64,000 nucleotides of DNA from Octopus sinensis. Lineage: Eukaryota. Made by a program: the position numbers and the translations under genes. Positions 1 through 12,441 of the stretch are shown piece after piece; positions within the stretch are counted from its first letter, which is position 1; each line of letters starts with the position of its first letter. The notes below the pieces were generated by a model. That model was not told the origin of the DNA. It worked only from the letters and a program-made list of their open reading frames with translations, and ran no database searches. The stretch is from positions 5,890,001-5,954,000 of the forward strand of contig NC_043020.1 of NCBI RefSeq assembly GCF_006345805.1, given 5' to 3'.

Positions 1-201
1 GGTGGTGGTGCAGTTGATGGTGGTGGTGGTGGTGGCGGTGGAAGAAAAGGATTGTGGCGGTGATGGTGATGAAGAATGGGTGAGGAACAGTGGTGATGAG
101 GAGGGAGGTGGTGGTGACGATGAAGTGGAAAAGTATTGTGGTGGTGGTGGTGGTGGTGGGGTACAGGTAGGGGGTTGCGTTGATGGTGATGTCGATTATA
201 T

Positions 202-1328
202 TGTTTTCACAAGTTCTGAATTAAAATCTTCCACCAAACCTTAGTCACAATTTATGTTCCTAACACGAGCTTAATGATAACTAAGTTATTTTACTAAATT
301 CTGTGTTATATTTAAAATTAATTGAAAGAAACACAGAGCAACTCAACAGATATATGGTAACAAAAGGGTTAATCTTTTTTGTTCTGTGGGATTTCCACAG
401 GTCACATTAGTATTGATGTTGAAGATATGAAAGATGAAGATGACCTCAGCAGCAATAAAACCATTCTTTCTTTCTTAAATAGCTTCACTTAACCCTTTTG
501 ATACCAACCCAGCTGAAACCACCTCTGGCTCTGTAGTACAAATGTCTTGTTTTCATAAGTTTTGAATTAAAATTCTTCACCAAACCTTAGTCACAATTTA
601 TGTTCCTAACACTAGCTTAATGATAACTAGTGGTATTTTACTAAATTCTTTGTTATATTTAAAATTAATTGAAAGAAACACAGAGCATCTCAACAGAAAT
701 ATGGTAACAAAAGGGTTAATCTTTTTCACTTTGTGGAATTTCCACGGGTCCCATTAATATTGATGTTTAAGATATGAAAGGTGAAGATGACCTCAGCAGC
801 AATAAAATCCTTCTTTCTTTCTTTCTTTCTTAAATAGCTTCTCTTAACCCTTTTGATATAAACCTGGCTGAAACCAGTCCTGGCTCTGTAGTACAAATGT
901 CTTGTTTTCACAAGTTCTGAATTAAAATAATCTTCCACCAAACCTTAGTCACATTTATGTTCCTAACACTAGCTTAATGATAACTAAGTTATTTTACTAC
1001 TAAATTCTTTGTTATATTTAAAGTAATTGAAACAAACACAGAGCATCGCAAAATAAATACAGTAACGAAAGGGTTAAGCAGAAGATCGGCATGAATGGGT
1101 TAACCCTTTCATTACCAACCTGGCTGAAACTGGCTCTGGTTCTGAGTACAAATGTCTTGTTTTCATGAGTTTTGAATTAAAATCTTCCACCAAACCTTAG
1201 TCCCAATTTATGTTCCTAACACTAGCTGAATGATAACTAAGTTATTTTACTAGATTCTTTGTAATGTTTAAAATTAATTGAAAGAGACACAGAACATCTC
1301 AACAGAAATACAGTAACGAAAGGGTTAA
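202..1328 (+). mobile_element. Cluster of four TTAA-flanked piggyBac-type MITEs (~223 bp) with two ~120-bp spacers
   Basis: Copies at 202-371 (5' truncated), 493-715, 848-1073 and 1104-1324; complete copies read TTAA|CCCTTT...AAAGGG|TTAA, i.e. TTAA TSD and CCC/GGG termini typical of piggyBac. Confidence 0.8.
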
Positions 1329-1918
1329 ACTATGATCAGCATCAGTGCTTAGTACATTTGCAGAAATAAGTTTGAGCATTCTAAATACCTTCACGTACAT
1401 TCAAATCAAGGTAAAGAGTTATAACAGGTATGTTTCAGGTGTGGTAGTGTGGGTATTTATATTTTGTTGATTATGAAACTTACGTCTAGGTGGGAAACTA
1501 ATCTTCCTGTTCCAGTTACATATGTGTGCTTGGGCTTTCAGCCCCAGAGTTCTAGAATTTTTTTTCGACCTGAATACCCCACAAAATTCCCAGCTAACCT
1601 GAATGCCACCTCAAGGGTGGCTTCAAGGCTAAAAACTTACCTATAAGTCTTAAAAGAAGCTGTAAGTCAAACTAGAAACTAGTTGTATGGCTATCGGCAA
1701 AGCTGGCAGAAAGCACAGTCCAAGGGTAGATACACTGACACACTGTTACAGAAATGGAATTCAGGTTACATGTTAATGAGACATGGGGTTTAGATATGGG
1801 TGCAAGTGAAGTATAGGTATTAAGTGTATGGGTATGGGTATGGCTGCAAGGATATATGTCGGGTAGGGAGCTTGGAATGGGGTATCGGATAATTAATACC
1901 AGGAGGTACATATACATA

Positions 1919-2083
1919 GGCGCAGGAGTGGCTGTGTGGTAAGTAGCTTGCTAACCAACCACATGGTTCCGGCTTCAGTCCCACTGCGTGGCATCTTGGG
2001 CAAGTGTCTTCTGCAATAGCCCCAGGCCGACCAATGCCTTGTGAGTGGATTTGGTAGATGGAAACTGAAAGAAGCCTGTCGTA

Positions 2084-2122
<39 letters not shown>

Positions 2123-2333
2123 TTGTGTGTCTGTGTTTGTCCCCCTAGCATTGCTTGACAACCGATGCTGGTGTGTTCATGTCCCCGTCACTTAGCGGTT
2201 CGGCAAAAGAGACCGATAGAATAAGTACTGGGCTTACAAAAGAATAAGTCCCGGGGTCGATTTGCTCGACTAAAGGCGGTGCTCCAGCATGGCCGCAGTC
2301 AAATGACTGAAACAAGTAAAAGAGAGTAAAGAG
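1919..2333 (+). mobile_element. tRNA-derived SINE family 1 (GGCGCAGGAGTGG head), full length
   Basis: A-box-like TGGCTGTGTGG, B-box-like GG(C)TTCAGTCC, core, internal (TA)/(TG) tract, tail ending GAAACAAGTAAAAGAG; more than 12 copies in the window. Confidence 0.8.
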
Positions 2334-2779
2334 ATACAATGAATGTGTCCAAGTCCATTACATTACGCTAGGGCAGAGGGCCACGAAGTAGCTTGATAGT
2401 GGGGCCGATGGCCTCAAAGGTGCCCACCACGGGAGCCAGCCTGAAAACGGCTTCAAGGCTAGTATATTATATATGTATATACATGTATCCTTGTCTTTGT
2501 ATTCCTACAGATACGTCTTCTGTCTATGTCAAGCTTGGGTACACCAGCATAATGTACTAGGATGTAATTGCTACTTATTATTCAAGGCATATCTTGCTTT
2601 TATCATTGGTTTTTTTTTTATATTTATTTTCCTTTTGTTGTGTGTCATTGTTATATAACACCTACCACCACCACCACCACCACCAACTAATAGCCCTCCC
2701 TACCACCACCATAACAACCTATGTATATGGGTGTGTGTGTGTGTGTGTGCATGGGTGTGCATGTATATAGATATGTACA

Positions 2780-3335
2780 TGTCTGTGAATATATATATAT
2801 ATATATAGTGTTTGTGTATGTATATGTATTATATATATAGTGTTTGTGTATGTATATGTATTATATATATATATATAGTGTTTGTGTATGTATATCTATT
2901 ATATATATATATATATATAGTGTTTGTATATGTATTATATATATATATATATATATAGTGTTTGTGTATGTATATCTATTATATATATATATATATAGTG
3001 TGTGTGTATGTATTATGTATATATATATAGTGTGTGTGTGTGTATGTATTATGTATATATATATATATAGTGTGTGTGTATGTATTATGTATATATATAT
3101 AGTGTTTGTGTATGTATATCTATTATATATATATATATATATATATAGTGTGTGTGTATGTATTATGTATATATATAGTGTGTGTGTGTGTATGTATTAT
3201 TATATATATATAGTGTGTGTGTGTATGTATTATGTATATATATAGGTGTGTGTGTGTATGTATTATGTATATATATAGTGTGTGTGTGTGTATGTATTAT
3301 GTATATATATAGTGTGTGTGTGTATATATATATAC
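2780..3335. repeat. Compound (TA)n-(GT)n-ATGTATTATG microsatellite with ~30-bp higher-order period
   Basis: Repeated TATATAGTGTGTGTGTATGTATTATG units. Confidence 0.85.
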
Positions 3336-4054
3336 ACATACACACTCTTTGTGTGCGTATCCAATTTCTGTCACCAGCAAATTCCACTCCCCACCACTGC
3401 CCCCTACCATCACCAACATCCTAGTACTACCACTTCCACCACACAACCACTCCTAATGCCATTCGTACTCTCTACACCCAACGCTACCTTCACCACCACC
3501 ACCACCCTCACCACCACCACCACGCATTATTAATCTCTATATGATGTACCTGAAATAGCAGGTAAATTTACCTGGAATCTCATCACACTGTGTCTTAGGA
3601 AGTAACATGCCAGGTAATGGTTTTTCCCCCATGACGTGCAAGGCATGTAAGAAAATAGACTGGAAGGTCATTGTTGGAATGCCTTTGATCTGTTCGATGA
3701 GAACAAACCCAAGGATATCATCATCATCATCGTTTAATGTCCACTTTCCATGCTAGTATGGGTTGGACGATTTTGACTGAAGGCTGGCGAACCAGATGAT
3801 TGCACCAAGCTCCAATCTTGATCTGGCAGAGTTTCTACAGCTGGATGCCCTTCCTAACGCCAACCACTCCGAGAGTGTAGTGGGTGCTTTTTACGTGCCA
3901 CCAGCACAGGGGACTACTACTACTACTGCCACCACCACCACCAGACCCCTACCCTATCTATCTCAACATGTACAAGGTGCTTTTTTAAAAAGTTTTTCCA
4001 TTTGTTTTTCATGCCGCTGGTACCAGTATAGTTGCCATGAAGCTTGCAAGACTA

Positions 4055-4515
4055 TACTCTTTTACTTGTTTCAGTCATTTGACTGCGGCCATGCTGGAGC
4101 ACCACCTTTAGTCGAGCAAATCGACCCCGGGATTTATTCTTTTGTAAGCCCAGTACTTATTCTTTCAGTCTCTTTTGCCGAACCGCTAAGTGACGGGGAC
4201 GTAAACACACCAGCATCGGTTGTCAAGCCTTGTGAGTGGATTTGGTAGACGGAAACTGAAAGAAGCCCGTCGTGTATATGTATATATGTGTGTGTGTTTG
4301 TTTGTGTGTCTATGTTTGTCCCCCCAACATCGCTTAACAACCGATGCTGGTGTGTTTACGTCCCTGTAACTTAGTGGTTTGGCAAGAGAGACCGATAGAA
4401 TAAGTACTAGGCTTACAAAGAATAAGTCCTGGGATCGATTTACTTGACTGAAGGCAGTGCTCCGGCATGGCCACGGTCAAATGAATGAAACAATTAAAAA
4501 GGGAGTAAAAGAGTA
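4055..4515. mobile_element. SINE family 1 fold-back chimera (inverted tail + core + tail)
   Basis: 4055-4228 is the reverse complement of 4332-4515, joined to the core at ...GTCAAGC|CTTGTGAG. Confidence 0.75.
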
Positions 4516-5185
4516 TCTCTAATAATAAATGCCAAAACGAATTTGTGTGTCAGTGTGTCACACTTTGACCCCCCCCCCTCACTATTCAATGACACTTCTT
4601 CTACTGCCCTTGCTGGGGTGAGAGTAATAAGAGGTATAAGAACAGTGTGGGTGGTAGTAGATTGACAGTTGAGATGGTAAAGGGGTGATAGTGATAGTAT
4701 GAGCTGTAGTTGTGATGGGGGCGGAGGCAATGGTGATAATGGTGGTGGTGGCAGTGGTAGCGGAGGTGGTCAAGATTAGTGATAGTAAAGGATGTGAAAG
4801 ACAGTGGTGGTGGTGGAGGGGAAGGCCACTAAATACAGGGGTGTAACCGTCATTGGATCTTCCATGTCACCTGTCTCAGATTCTTGGCATAAAATGGCAA
4901 GACAAAATCCAAGACATTGAGCTAATCCCCTGTGTTAATCTACCCAGCTAATCCACCAGTGGTTCTCAACCTCGGTCCGTTTGCACCAGCTGGGAAGTGG
5001 AGGTGGAAGGAAGACATCACGAATCAGCTCACCCTCTGGACGGCTGGGCTGGGCGGGGCGGGCCGCGTGACCGAACCACCTTAAGCACCAACCCCTTGAT
5101 GCACCTTCTTTCTCTGTCAAGTGAACATGACTATATTTTTTTCTCTCTTTTACCTTTTTTTTTTTTTTTTTCTTTTTGCATTCAG

Positions 5186-5317
5186 CTGGGAATGATGAAG
5201 CATTCAGCAAAATTGAATATTCCTTACTTGAAGAAATCACAAATAACTTCGATGATTGTAGTTTATCCGATGGTGGTCGCCTATTGGGCAGCGGCGGCTT
5301 CGGTTCCGTCTATCTTG
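5186..5317 (+). CDS. IRAK4: IRAK4-like exon (pre-kinase linker + Gly-rich loop)
   Basis: Long polyT + ttcag acceptor; encodes GNDEAFSKIEYSLLEEITNNFDDCSLSDGGRLLGSGGFGSVYL; donor g|gtaagt; phase 1-1. Confidence 0.92.
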
Positions 5318-8300
5318 GTAAGTTTATTTATCCTTGCTTGGAATTTCTTAATCTTTATGTCCTTCAACTCTTAATCCTTTAATCCATATCTGTATTATTC
5401 CTTTTACTTCTTGTTGAATTTATTTTTTGTTTTCATAAATTCTTGTCTACTTCTATATATGTCTATCATCATCATAATCCTATTATAGGCACAAGACCTG
5501 GATTTTTGTGGGGAGGGGGGGCAGTCAATCATGTCGACCCCAGTACTTCACTGGTACTTAATTTATTGACCCTGAAAAGACGAAATGCAAAGTTGACCTC
5601 AGTGGAATTTGAACTTAATTTCACTCAGCATGCTAATAATTCTTTTCTACTATAGGCACAAGGTCTGAAATTTTCGGGGAGGGGGGCAAGTCGATTAGAT
5701 CGACCCCCAGTATACAACTGATACTTAATTTATCAGCCCCAAAAGGATGAAAGGCAAAGTTGACCTTGGTGGAATTTGAACTGAGAACATAGTAACGGAT
5801 GAAATACTTCTCAGCATTTTGCCCAGCGTGCCAACGATTCCGCCAGCTCACTGCCTTAATAATAATAATAATAACAACAACAACAATTCTTTTATAATAA
5901 TAATAATTCTTTTATAATAATAATAATTCTTTTATAATAATAATAATAATAATAATTCTTTTATAATAATAATGATAATAATAATAATAACAATTAATTA
6001 TTTTATAATAATAATGATAATAATAATAATAACAATTAATTATTTTATAATAATAATGATTATAATAATAATAATAATTCTTTTATAATAATAATGATAA
6101 TAATAATAATAACAATTAATTATTTTATAATAATAATGATAATAATAATAATAATAATTAATTATTTTATAATAATAATGATAATAATAATAATAATTCT
6201 TTTATAATAATAATAATAATAATAACAACAATTCTTTTATTATAATAATAATAATAATTAATTCTTTTATTATAATAATAATAATGATGATGACTGTGCT
6301 GTGAGGCTGTGTAAATATTCACTTGTTTGGAAACTGGTGAGGGTTGGCCACAGGAAGGGCATCCAGCTGTAGAAAAGTCTGTGTCAACAAATTTCATCCA
6401 ACCCCTGCAAGCATGGAAAAGGGGATGTTGAATAATGCTGATGATGATGGTGATGTGTGACTTTTCTTTTTTCTTTTTCTAGGTATTGAAGGTAAAGAAC
6501 ATGTAGCTGTGAAACGACTATATGATACAACTAACGACCTCGTTAAACAGTATGAAACAGAATTAAATGTACTTAAAAAGTAGGTTTTGTTCTTTTTTAT
6601 TTTATTTTTTTAATTCTTTCTTTTTGTTTCCCAAACTGCTCCATTTTATTTATTTTGTGCATGTGTGTTTTGTATTTGGCTGCCTTCCGTATTTTGTTGT
6701 ACATGTAGCTTCATGTAATTTCAATGGAAATTGTAGTTGTGATCCCGGTGCCGGTGGCACGTAAAAAGCACCATCCGATCGTGGCCGTTTGCCAGCCTCG
6801 CCTGGTCTCCGTGCCGGTGGCACGTAAAAAGCACCATCCGATCGTGGCCGTTTGCCAGCCTCGCCTGGCCTCCGTGCCGGTGGCACGTAAAAAGCACCAT
6901 CCGACCGTGACCATTTGCCAGCCTCGTCTGGCACATGTGCCAGTGGCACGTAAAAAGCACCCACTACACTCTGGGAGTGGTTGGCATTAGGAAGGGCATC
7001 CAGCTGTAGAAACATTGCCAGATCAGACTGGGCCTGGTGCAGCCTTCTGGCTTCCCAGACCCCAGTTGAACCGTCCAACCCATGCTAGCATGGAAAGCGG
7101 ACGCTAAATGATGATGATGATGATGATGTAGCCCCATTTATCACTGATTCATCCACCACTGATCTAGGATAACACTGTACACTCAATTGCGATCCATGTT
7201 AGCCTTATCACAGATTGATCAGTCATAACACGGGTCGGCAATCAGAGAATCTGTTTGCACCGCAGAAATTCTTTCCAGCAACTTCCTACAGTATTCAGCT
7301 ACTCAGAATGCAATAACTGTTGATTATGTTTACATGTCTGTGCTGCAAGGCTGTGTAAATTTTTACGAAATTTACACACTTATACACATCAATATATGGG
7401 ATCGGTGAACAGAAAACAATGTGAAGGTACCTGGCCCTTCCTGTATTCCCAACTGCAGCTGCCCCCAACTTCTGTTGCACTACAGAATGGTTTTATGCTA
7501 AACATTTTTGCCACAAACCAGAGCATCGTGCACATAACAAAACACAAAGTGCATAATAGAGAATTTAATTATTACATATACCTCTCTTAGCTTTTAGATC
7601 CTCCAGTACTGTCCATACAGCAGGCAAAAATCTTTCTCTACACATCCCAATTGCTTGCCTTCCTCCTGGCTTCACGGAGACCAATTTCCAGTGCTATTGT
7701 ATCATCCTGGAGCATACTGCACCCCATCTTCCTTGGTCTTTTGCCTCTTTCCAGTGTCCACTCCATCATGATGTTAGCATGTCTCTCCTGCAATAATCAA
7801 AACACATGGCCAGTGAACCGTATCTGCCTCGGTCACTATGTCCTGCAAACTTCCCATGCTTGCTCGTTTTGTCACCCCTTCGTTTCTCATTCTGTCCTGG
7901 TAAAACATGTCCAAGATTGAACTTGCAAAACCACTCAACAGACTGCGATAATCAATAAAATAGGAATAAAATTTAAAGATATATTCCTTCTGTACAGCCT
8001 TGTACGTGGTTCAGAGTTCAGTCCCATTGTGTGGCACCTTGGGCAAGTGTCTTATATTATAGCCTCAGGTTGACCAAAGCTTTGTGAGTGAACACAAACT
8101 GACCAAAGCCTTGTGGTAGACAGAAACTGAAAGGAACCGCTTGTACATATATATATATGTATGTGTGTATGTGTGTGGCTTTGTGTTATGCATTTATCCC
8201 AGATCACCACTTGACAACCAGTGTTGGTGTGTTTATGTCCCTGTAACTCAACATGACAAAAGAGACCATTAGAGCAAGTGCCAGGCTTTTTAAAAAAAAA

Positions 8301-11300
8301 GCAAACTTCTGGGGTCCATTCATTCAACTAAAAATTCTTTAAGGCAGTGCTCCAGCATGGCTGCTGTCTAATAACTAGAACAAATAAAAAGTAAAACGAT
8401 AGATGTGTGTGTGTGTGTGTGTGTGTGTGAGTGAGTGATTGTATTTGGTAGGTTAAAATGTAAAAAAAAAGCAATTTATATTAATATGTATAATTATTAT
8501 TTGTTTGCTTTTTTTTCTTCTTTTTTTTTCTTTTCTAGATTTCATCATGAAAATTTACTTCCTCTCTTAGGTTATTGTTGTCAACCGAAACTCTGTATTA
8601 TCTGTGAATATATGGTAAATGGGTCTGTGGAAGACAGATTAGCACGAAAGGTGAGCATCGAAGCTGACTTGTTTTCTTTCACAAAAATTTTTTTCACCCA
8701 TTTTTGAGGTGTCATTAATTTCCTAATTTATCTATTTTTATTCTTGGCTGAATCGAAGGAAGAAGGGTTTGTGATCCTTGATGTTCTTTATTATAGGAGG
8801 GACTTTGAGGCCGACAAGGGTACAAAGAGTGGGGGGATTCTTAGGCTTCAAAATATTGAGGTGATTTTCAGTTAAAGGAGCTGTCTCATTGTACAGCAGT
8901 CGAGGCAGGTCTCTTCTACTATAGCCCTAGGCTGACCAAGCTTGGTCAGTGGATTTCATAGGTGGAAATTACAAAACCATTATGTGTGTGTATGCATGCT
9001 TGTATCTTCTTTTCTGGATGTCACATGATAGTGGTGCACCTGAGCACTGTATACAATAATTTCATTATATTATTATTATAATTTTTTTTTTTCAAATTGG
9101 TGAGAAGCCAAAAGTTTTATGTGTGGAGGGGTGTTAGTCAATTATATCGCCTCCACCCCCCACTATCTAATTGGTACTTTATTTTATGGACCCTAGAGAG
9201 ATGAAAGCTGGAACATAACGTGGAGAGCCTTTGAAAATGTTATTTAGCATTTTGTCCGATGCTCAGATTGGATGGGTCTTCTCCCAACACTGTCACTTAG
9301 CAAAATACAATCATATCTGGCGAAATAGAAGCTAGAAGACGAGGCATGGACTGGGATGAGAATATCAGAATGTATTAGAGAGAGGCCATAACCAAAACAG
9401 GTGGAAAAGACTTGTGAAAAGAAGGAAAAAAGAAAGTAGCCTGTTTCTGTAGTAGCAGAAATGCTACGCAAACAACTTGGATATTGTATTCGTTTCTCAG
9501 TGCCATGGAAGAAACAGAAGTAAGGGAGATAATTCTTTCTTCACTACTGAACCAGCCTGTTGGTCTTTTTAACGAGTTTTGGATAAACTTTAAACCTGCA
9601 AGTTGGTCTTTTTAAGTATGTGTTTGTTTTTAATTTTTAGGAAGCAAGTCGGTTTTTGGCGATGCTTCGGTATAGGTACACACGTGACTTTGTTTACATT
9701 TCTGAAGATAACAGAAACCCTTTTCTCCCACCCCGAACCCTAACACAAACCCCTCATATATAAAAAAAAACCAACACTTTCTTGAAATGTATCCGGTCCT
9801 TACACCGGTACATATACCGAAGTTATGCCTGTTTTTTTTTAACTAGATTTGAACAAGGTTCTTTTTTTTTCACCATCGAGTTTTTATCTATTTCTGTTTT
9901 GCTTTTACGATCTTATTTCCCATGAAATACACTACCTGTACATTTTAATTCCTTTTGAAAATGATCAAGAATTTGGGTGAGGTGGGGACTGATAGAATAA
10001 TTACTGTTTTGGATTAGTAATTAAGGAAAATTCCTCACATACACATAGCCATTTTAAGTTTAAACTTCTGACCACGTAGTAAAAATTTACCTATGCCTTT
10101 CCTACAGATCAAGCAGGGCCATCTACCTGAAGGGATTTGTGGTTTGTCTGCCTTCCTATTTACTAAAACTTTGGTTTTTGCTAGGTTTACTCTAAGGCCC
10201 TTTGATTCAAGACTTTGCTTCCATACCTGAAACTTCTCTAATTTTGGCTAATACAAATAAAACTATAGTTGGGGTATACCCTCACCCCACTTACTGTACC
10301 CCACTGTACTTAAAGTACCCCACGACATACTCTCTGATTAAGTCTGTTTTTCACCACTACTTGTTGTCTCTCTACAGGATCAGACCAAACCCCTTAGTGT
10401 TGACCGGCGCCTTGTGATAGCCAAAGGAACGGCACATGGTATAAATTATCTTAACAGTAACAAAGTCGTCCACAGAGACATTAAAAGGTTTGTCTTCATT
10501 ACTTTTCATTTAATTAATGTGCGGTGTATGTTGGTAGGTGTGTGTGTGATAATCAAAGGTGCTTGAGTTCAGTTCCAGGTTGTAGAGATCACTCTCTTTT
10601 ATTTGTTTCAGTCATTGAATTGAGGCCATGCTGGAGCACCACCTTATAGGGTTACGTCAATCGAATCGACTCCACTTCTTATTTTAAGCCTGGTACTCAC
10701 TGAATTAATCTCTTTTGCCAAACCACTAAGTTATGGAGAGGTAAACAAACCAACCCCAGTTGCCAAGGTTTTCTGTGGTCAGCAGATAGGGGTTGGTGAC
10801 TGGAAGAGCACCCACCCATAGAAAATCTGACCTATGCCAGCTTGGAAAAGGGGACATTAAAATGACAATGATGATGATGATTATTATTATTATTATTATT
10901 ATTAAGGTGGTGAGCTGGCAGAATTGTTAGCACGCTGGGTGAATTACTTCGCTGTATTTCATCTGCCTCTACATTCTGAGTTCGAAATCCGCCAAGGTCG
11001 ACTCTGCCTTTCATTCTTCCAAGGTCGATAAATTAAGTACCAGTTGCGTACTGGGGTCAATCTAATCAACTTAACTCCACCCTCATAATTTCAGGCCTTG
11101 TGCCTATAGTAGAAAAGACTATTATTATGATTATTATTATTATTATTATTAATGAGCTGGCAGAATCGGTAGCACACTAGGCGAAATACTTAGCGGTATT
11201 CCGTCTGCTGCTACCTTCTGACTTCAAATTCCGTTGAGGTCGACTTTACCTTTCATCCTTTCTGGGTCAATGAAATAACTACCAGTTACGCACTGGGGTT

Positions 11301-12368
11301 GATGTAATCAACTGGCCCCCTTCCCCAAAATTTTCAAAGCCTTGGACCTAGAATAGAAATAATAATAACAATTATTGTTATTATTAAGGCGGTGAGCTGG
11401 CAGAATTGTTAGCATGCCAAGCAAAATGATTAGTGGTATTTCACCTGTCGCTACGTTCTGAGTTCAAATTCCACCCAGGTCAACTTTGCCTTTTATCCTT
11501 TCGAGGTTGATAAATTAAGTACCAGTGAAAATCTGGGGTCGGTGTAATCAACTAGACCCCTCCCCTAAAACTTCAGACCTTGTGCCTATAATAGAAAGGG
11601 TTATTATTATTATTATTATTAAGGGGGTGAACTGGCAGAATTGGTAGCACACCAGGCAAAATGCTTTGTGGCATTTCATGTCATTACGTTCTGAGTTCAA
11701 ATTTTTGCCTGTCATCCTTTGGGGGTTGAGCACCAGCTTTGATGTTATTGACTTACCCCCTCCTCTAAATTTTTGCTGGCCTTGTGCCAAAATTTGAAAT
11801 CATCATTTTTATTATTATTATTATTATTAAGTATCTACTGCTTTTCATGACAATAAATTTGTAAATCTTCGTAAATTAAAAAAAAAAAAAAAAAGATTTT
11901 GTTTTTCATGTGTTTTTGATTTGATTTTATTTTGTTGTGTTTTTCTCATTTCAGTGCAAATGTCCTTCTCGATAGAGACTTTATCCCTAAAGTTGGGGAT
12001 TTTGCTACAGCTCGGCCTGGCCCTATGGGAAACAACACGACAGCAGTATTAACGGCTGTTGTTATGGGAACGTCAGCTTATCAAGCGCCAGAAGCTCGTT
12101 TGCACGACATTTCTGCGAAATTAGATTCTTTTGGTTTCGGTGTGGTAAGTACTGACCTCATCTCGTTTCTTCATTGATATCTCGATGGAACTTGGAAACT
12201 TTCCAAGAACTCATCCTTAAGATCAGGCATGGCCGTGGGGTTAAGTTGTTTGTTTTCCAGCCGCATGGCTCTGAGTTCAATCCTACTGGCAATTATTTTG
12301 TACTATAAGCCCCCTGGCTGACCAAAGCCTTATGAGTAGATTTGAAAGAAGGAAACTGAAAGAAACCC

Positions 12369-12441
<73 letters not shown>

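Noticed and set aside
1364-1427. Possible upstream kinase exon (ttgcag acceptor; donors at 1411 or 1428; NKFEHSKYLHVHSNQ)
   Set aside because: Phase could fit for 1364-1410, but the polypyrimidine tract is weak and there is no death-domain or IRAK similarity
1919-1995. tRNA-like sequence with A and B boxes
   Set aside because: SINE head: no full cloverleaf or acceptor stem, and always followed by the SINE body
2511-2560. Strong-looking acceptor TTGTCTTTGTATTCCTACAG
   Set aside because: No good donor giving the phase needed to join the 5186 exon; no homology
2844-3533. Long ORFs rich in Y/I/C/V/M or H/T (also at 23034-24132, 38519-39299 and 40679-43265)
   Set aside because: Translations of TA/CA/TATC microsatellites, which lack stop codons in several frames
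3534-3561. Phase-1 donor GCAG|GTAAAT with frame SLYDVPEIA
   Set aside because: In-frame TAA at 3531 and no acceptor AG between it and the donor
3796-4248. Recurrent peptide FDCGHAGAPPLVEQIDP...SFAEPLS in many ORFs
   Set aside because: Antisense translation of the family 1 SINE tail, not a gene family
6745-6960. Regularly spaced repeats resembling a CRISPR array (also the MITE/spacer arrays)
   Set aside because: Units and spacers are copies of each other rather than unique spacers; eukaryotic context; no cas genes
6650-7078. ORF with a 21-aa repeat [21 protein letters not shown]
   Set aside because: 63-bp internal repeat of SINE-like family 3; the same peptide recurs wherever the repeat does
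9260-9540. Purine-rich, coding-looking stretch with several stops
   Set aside because: Possibly a decayed transposase fragment, but no motif could be recognised
10108-10190. Acceptor-like CCTTTCCTACAG followed by an open frame before the real exon at 10378
   Set aside because: Peptide IKQGHLPEGICG... has no kinase similarity; the 10378 exon fits the alignment and phase
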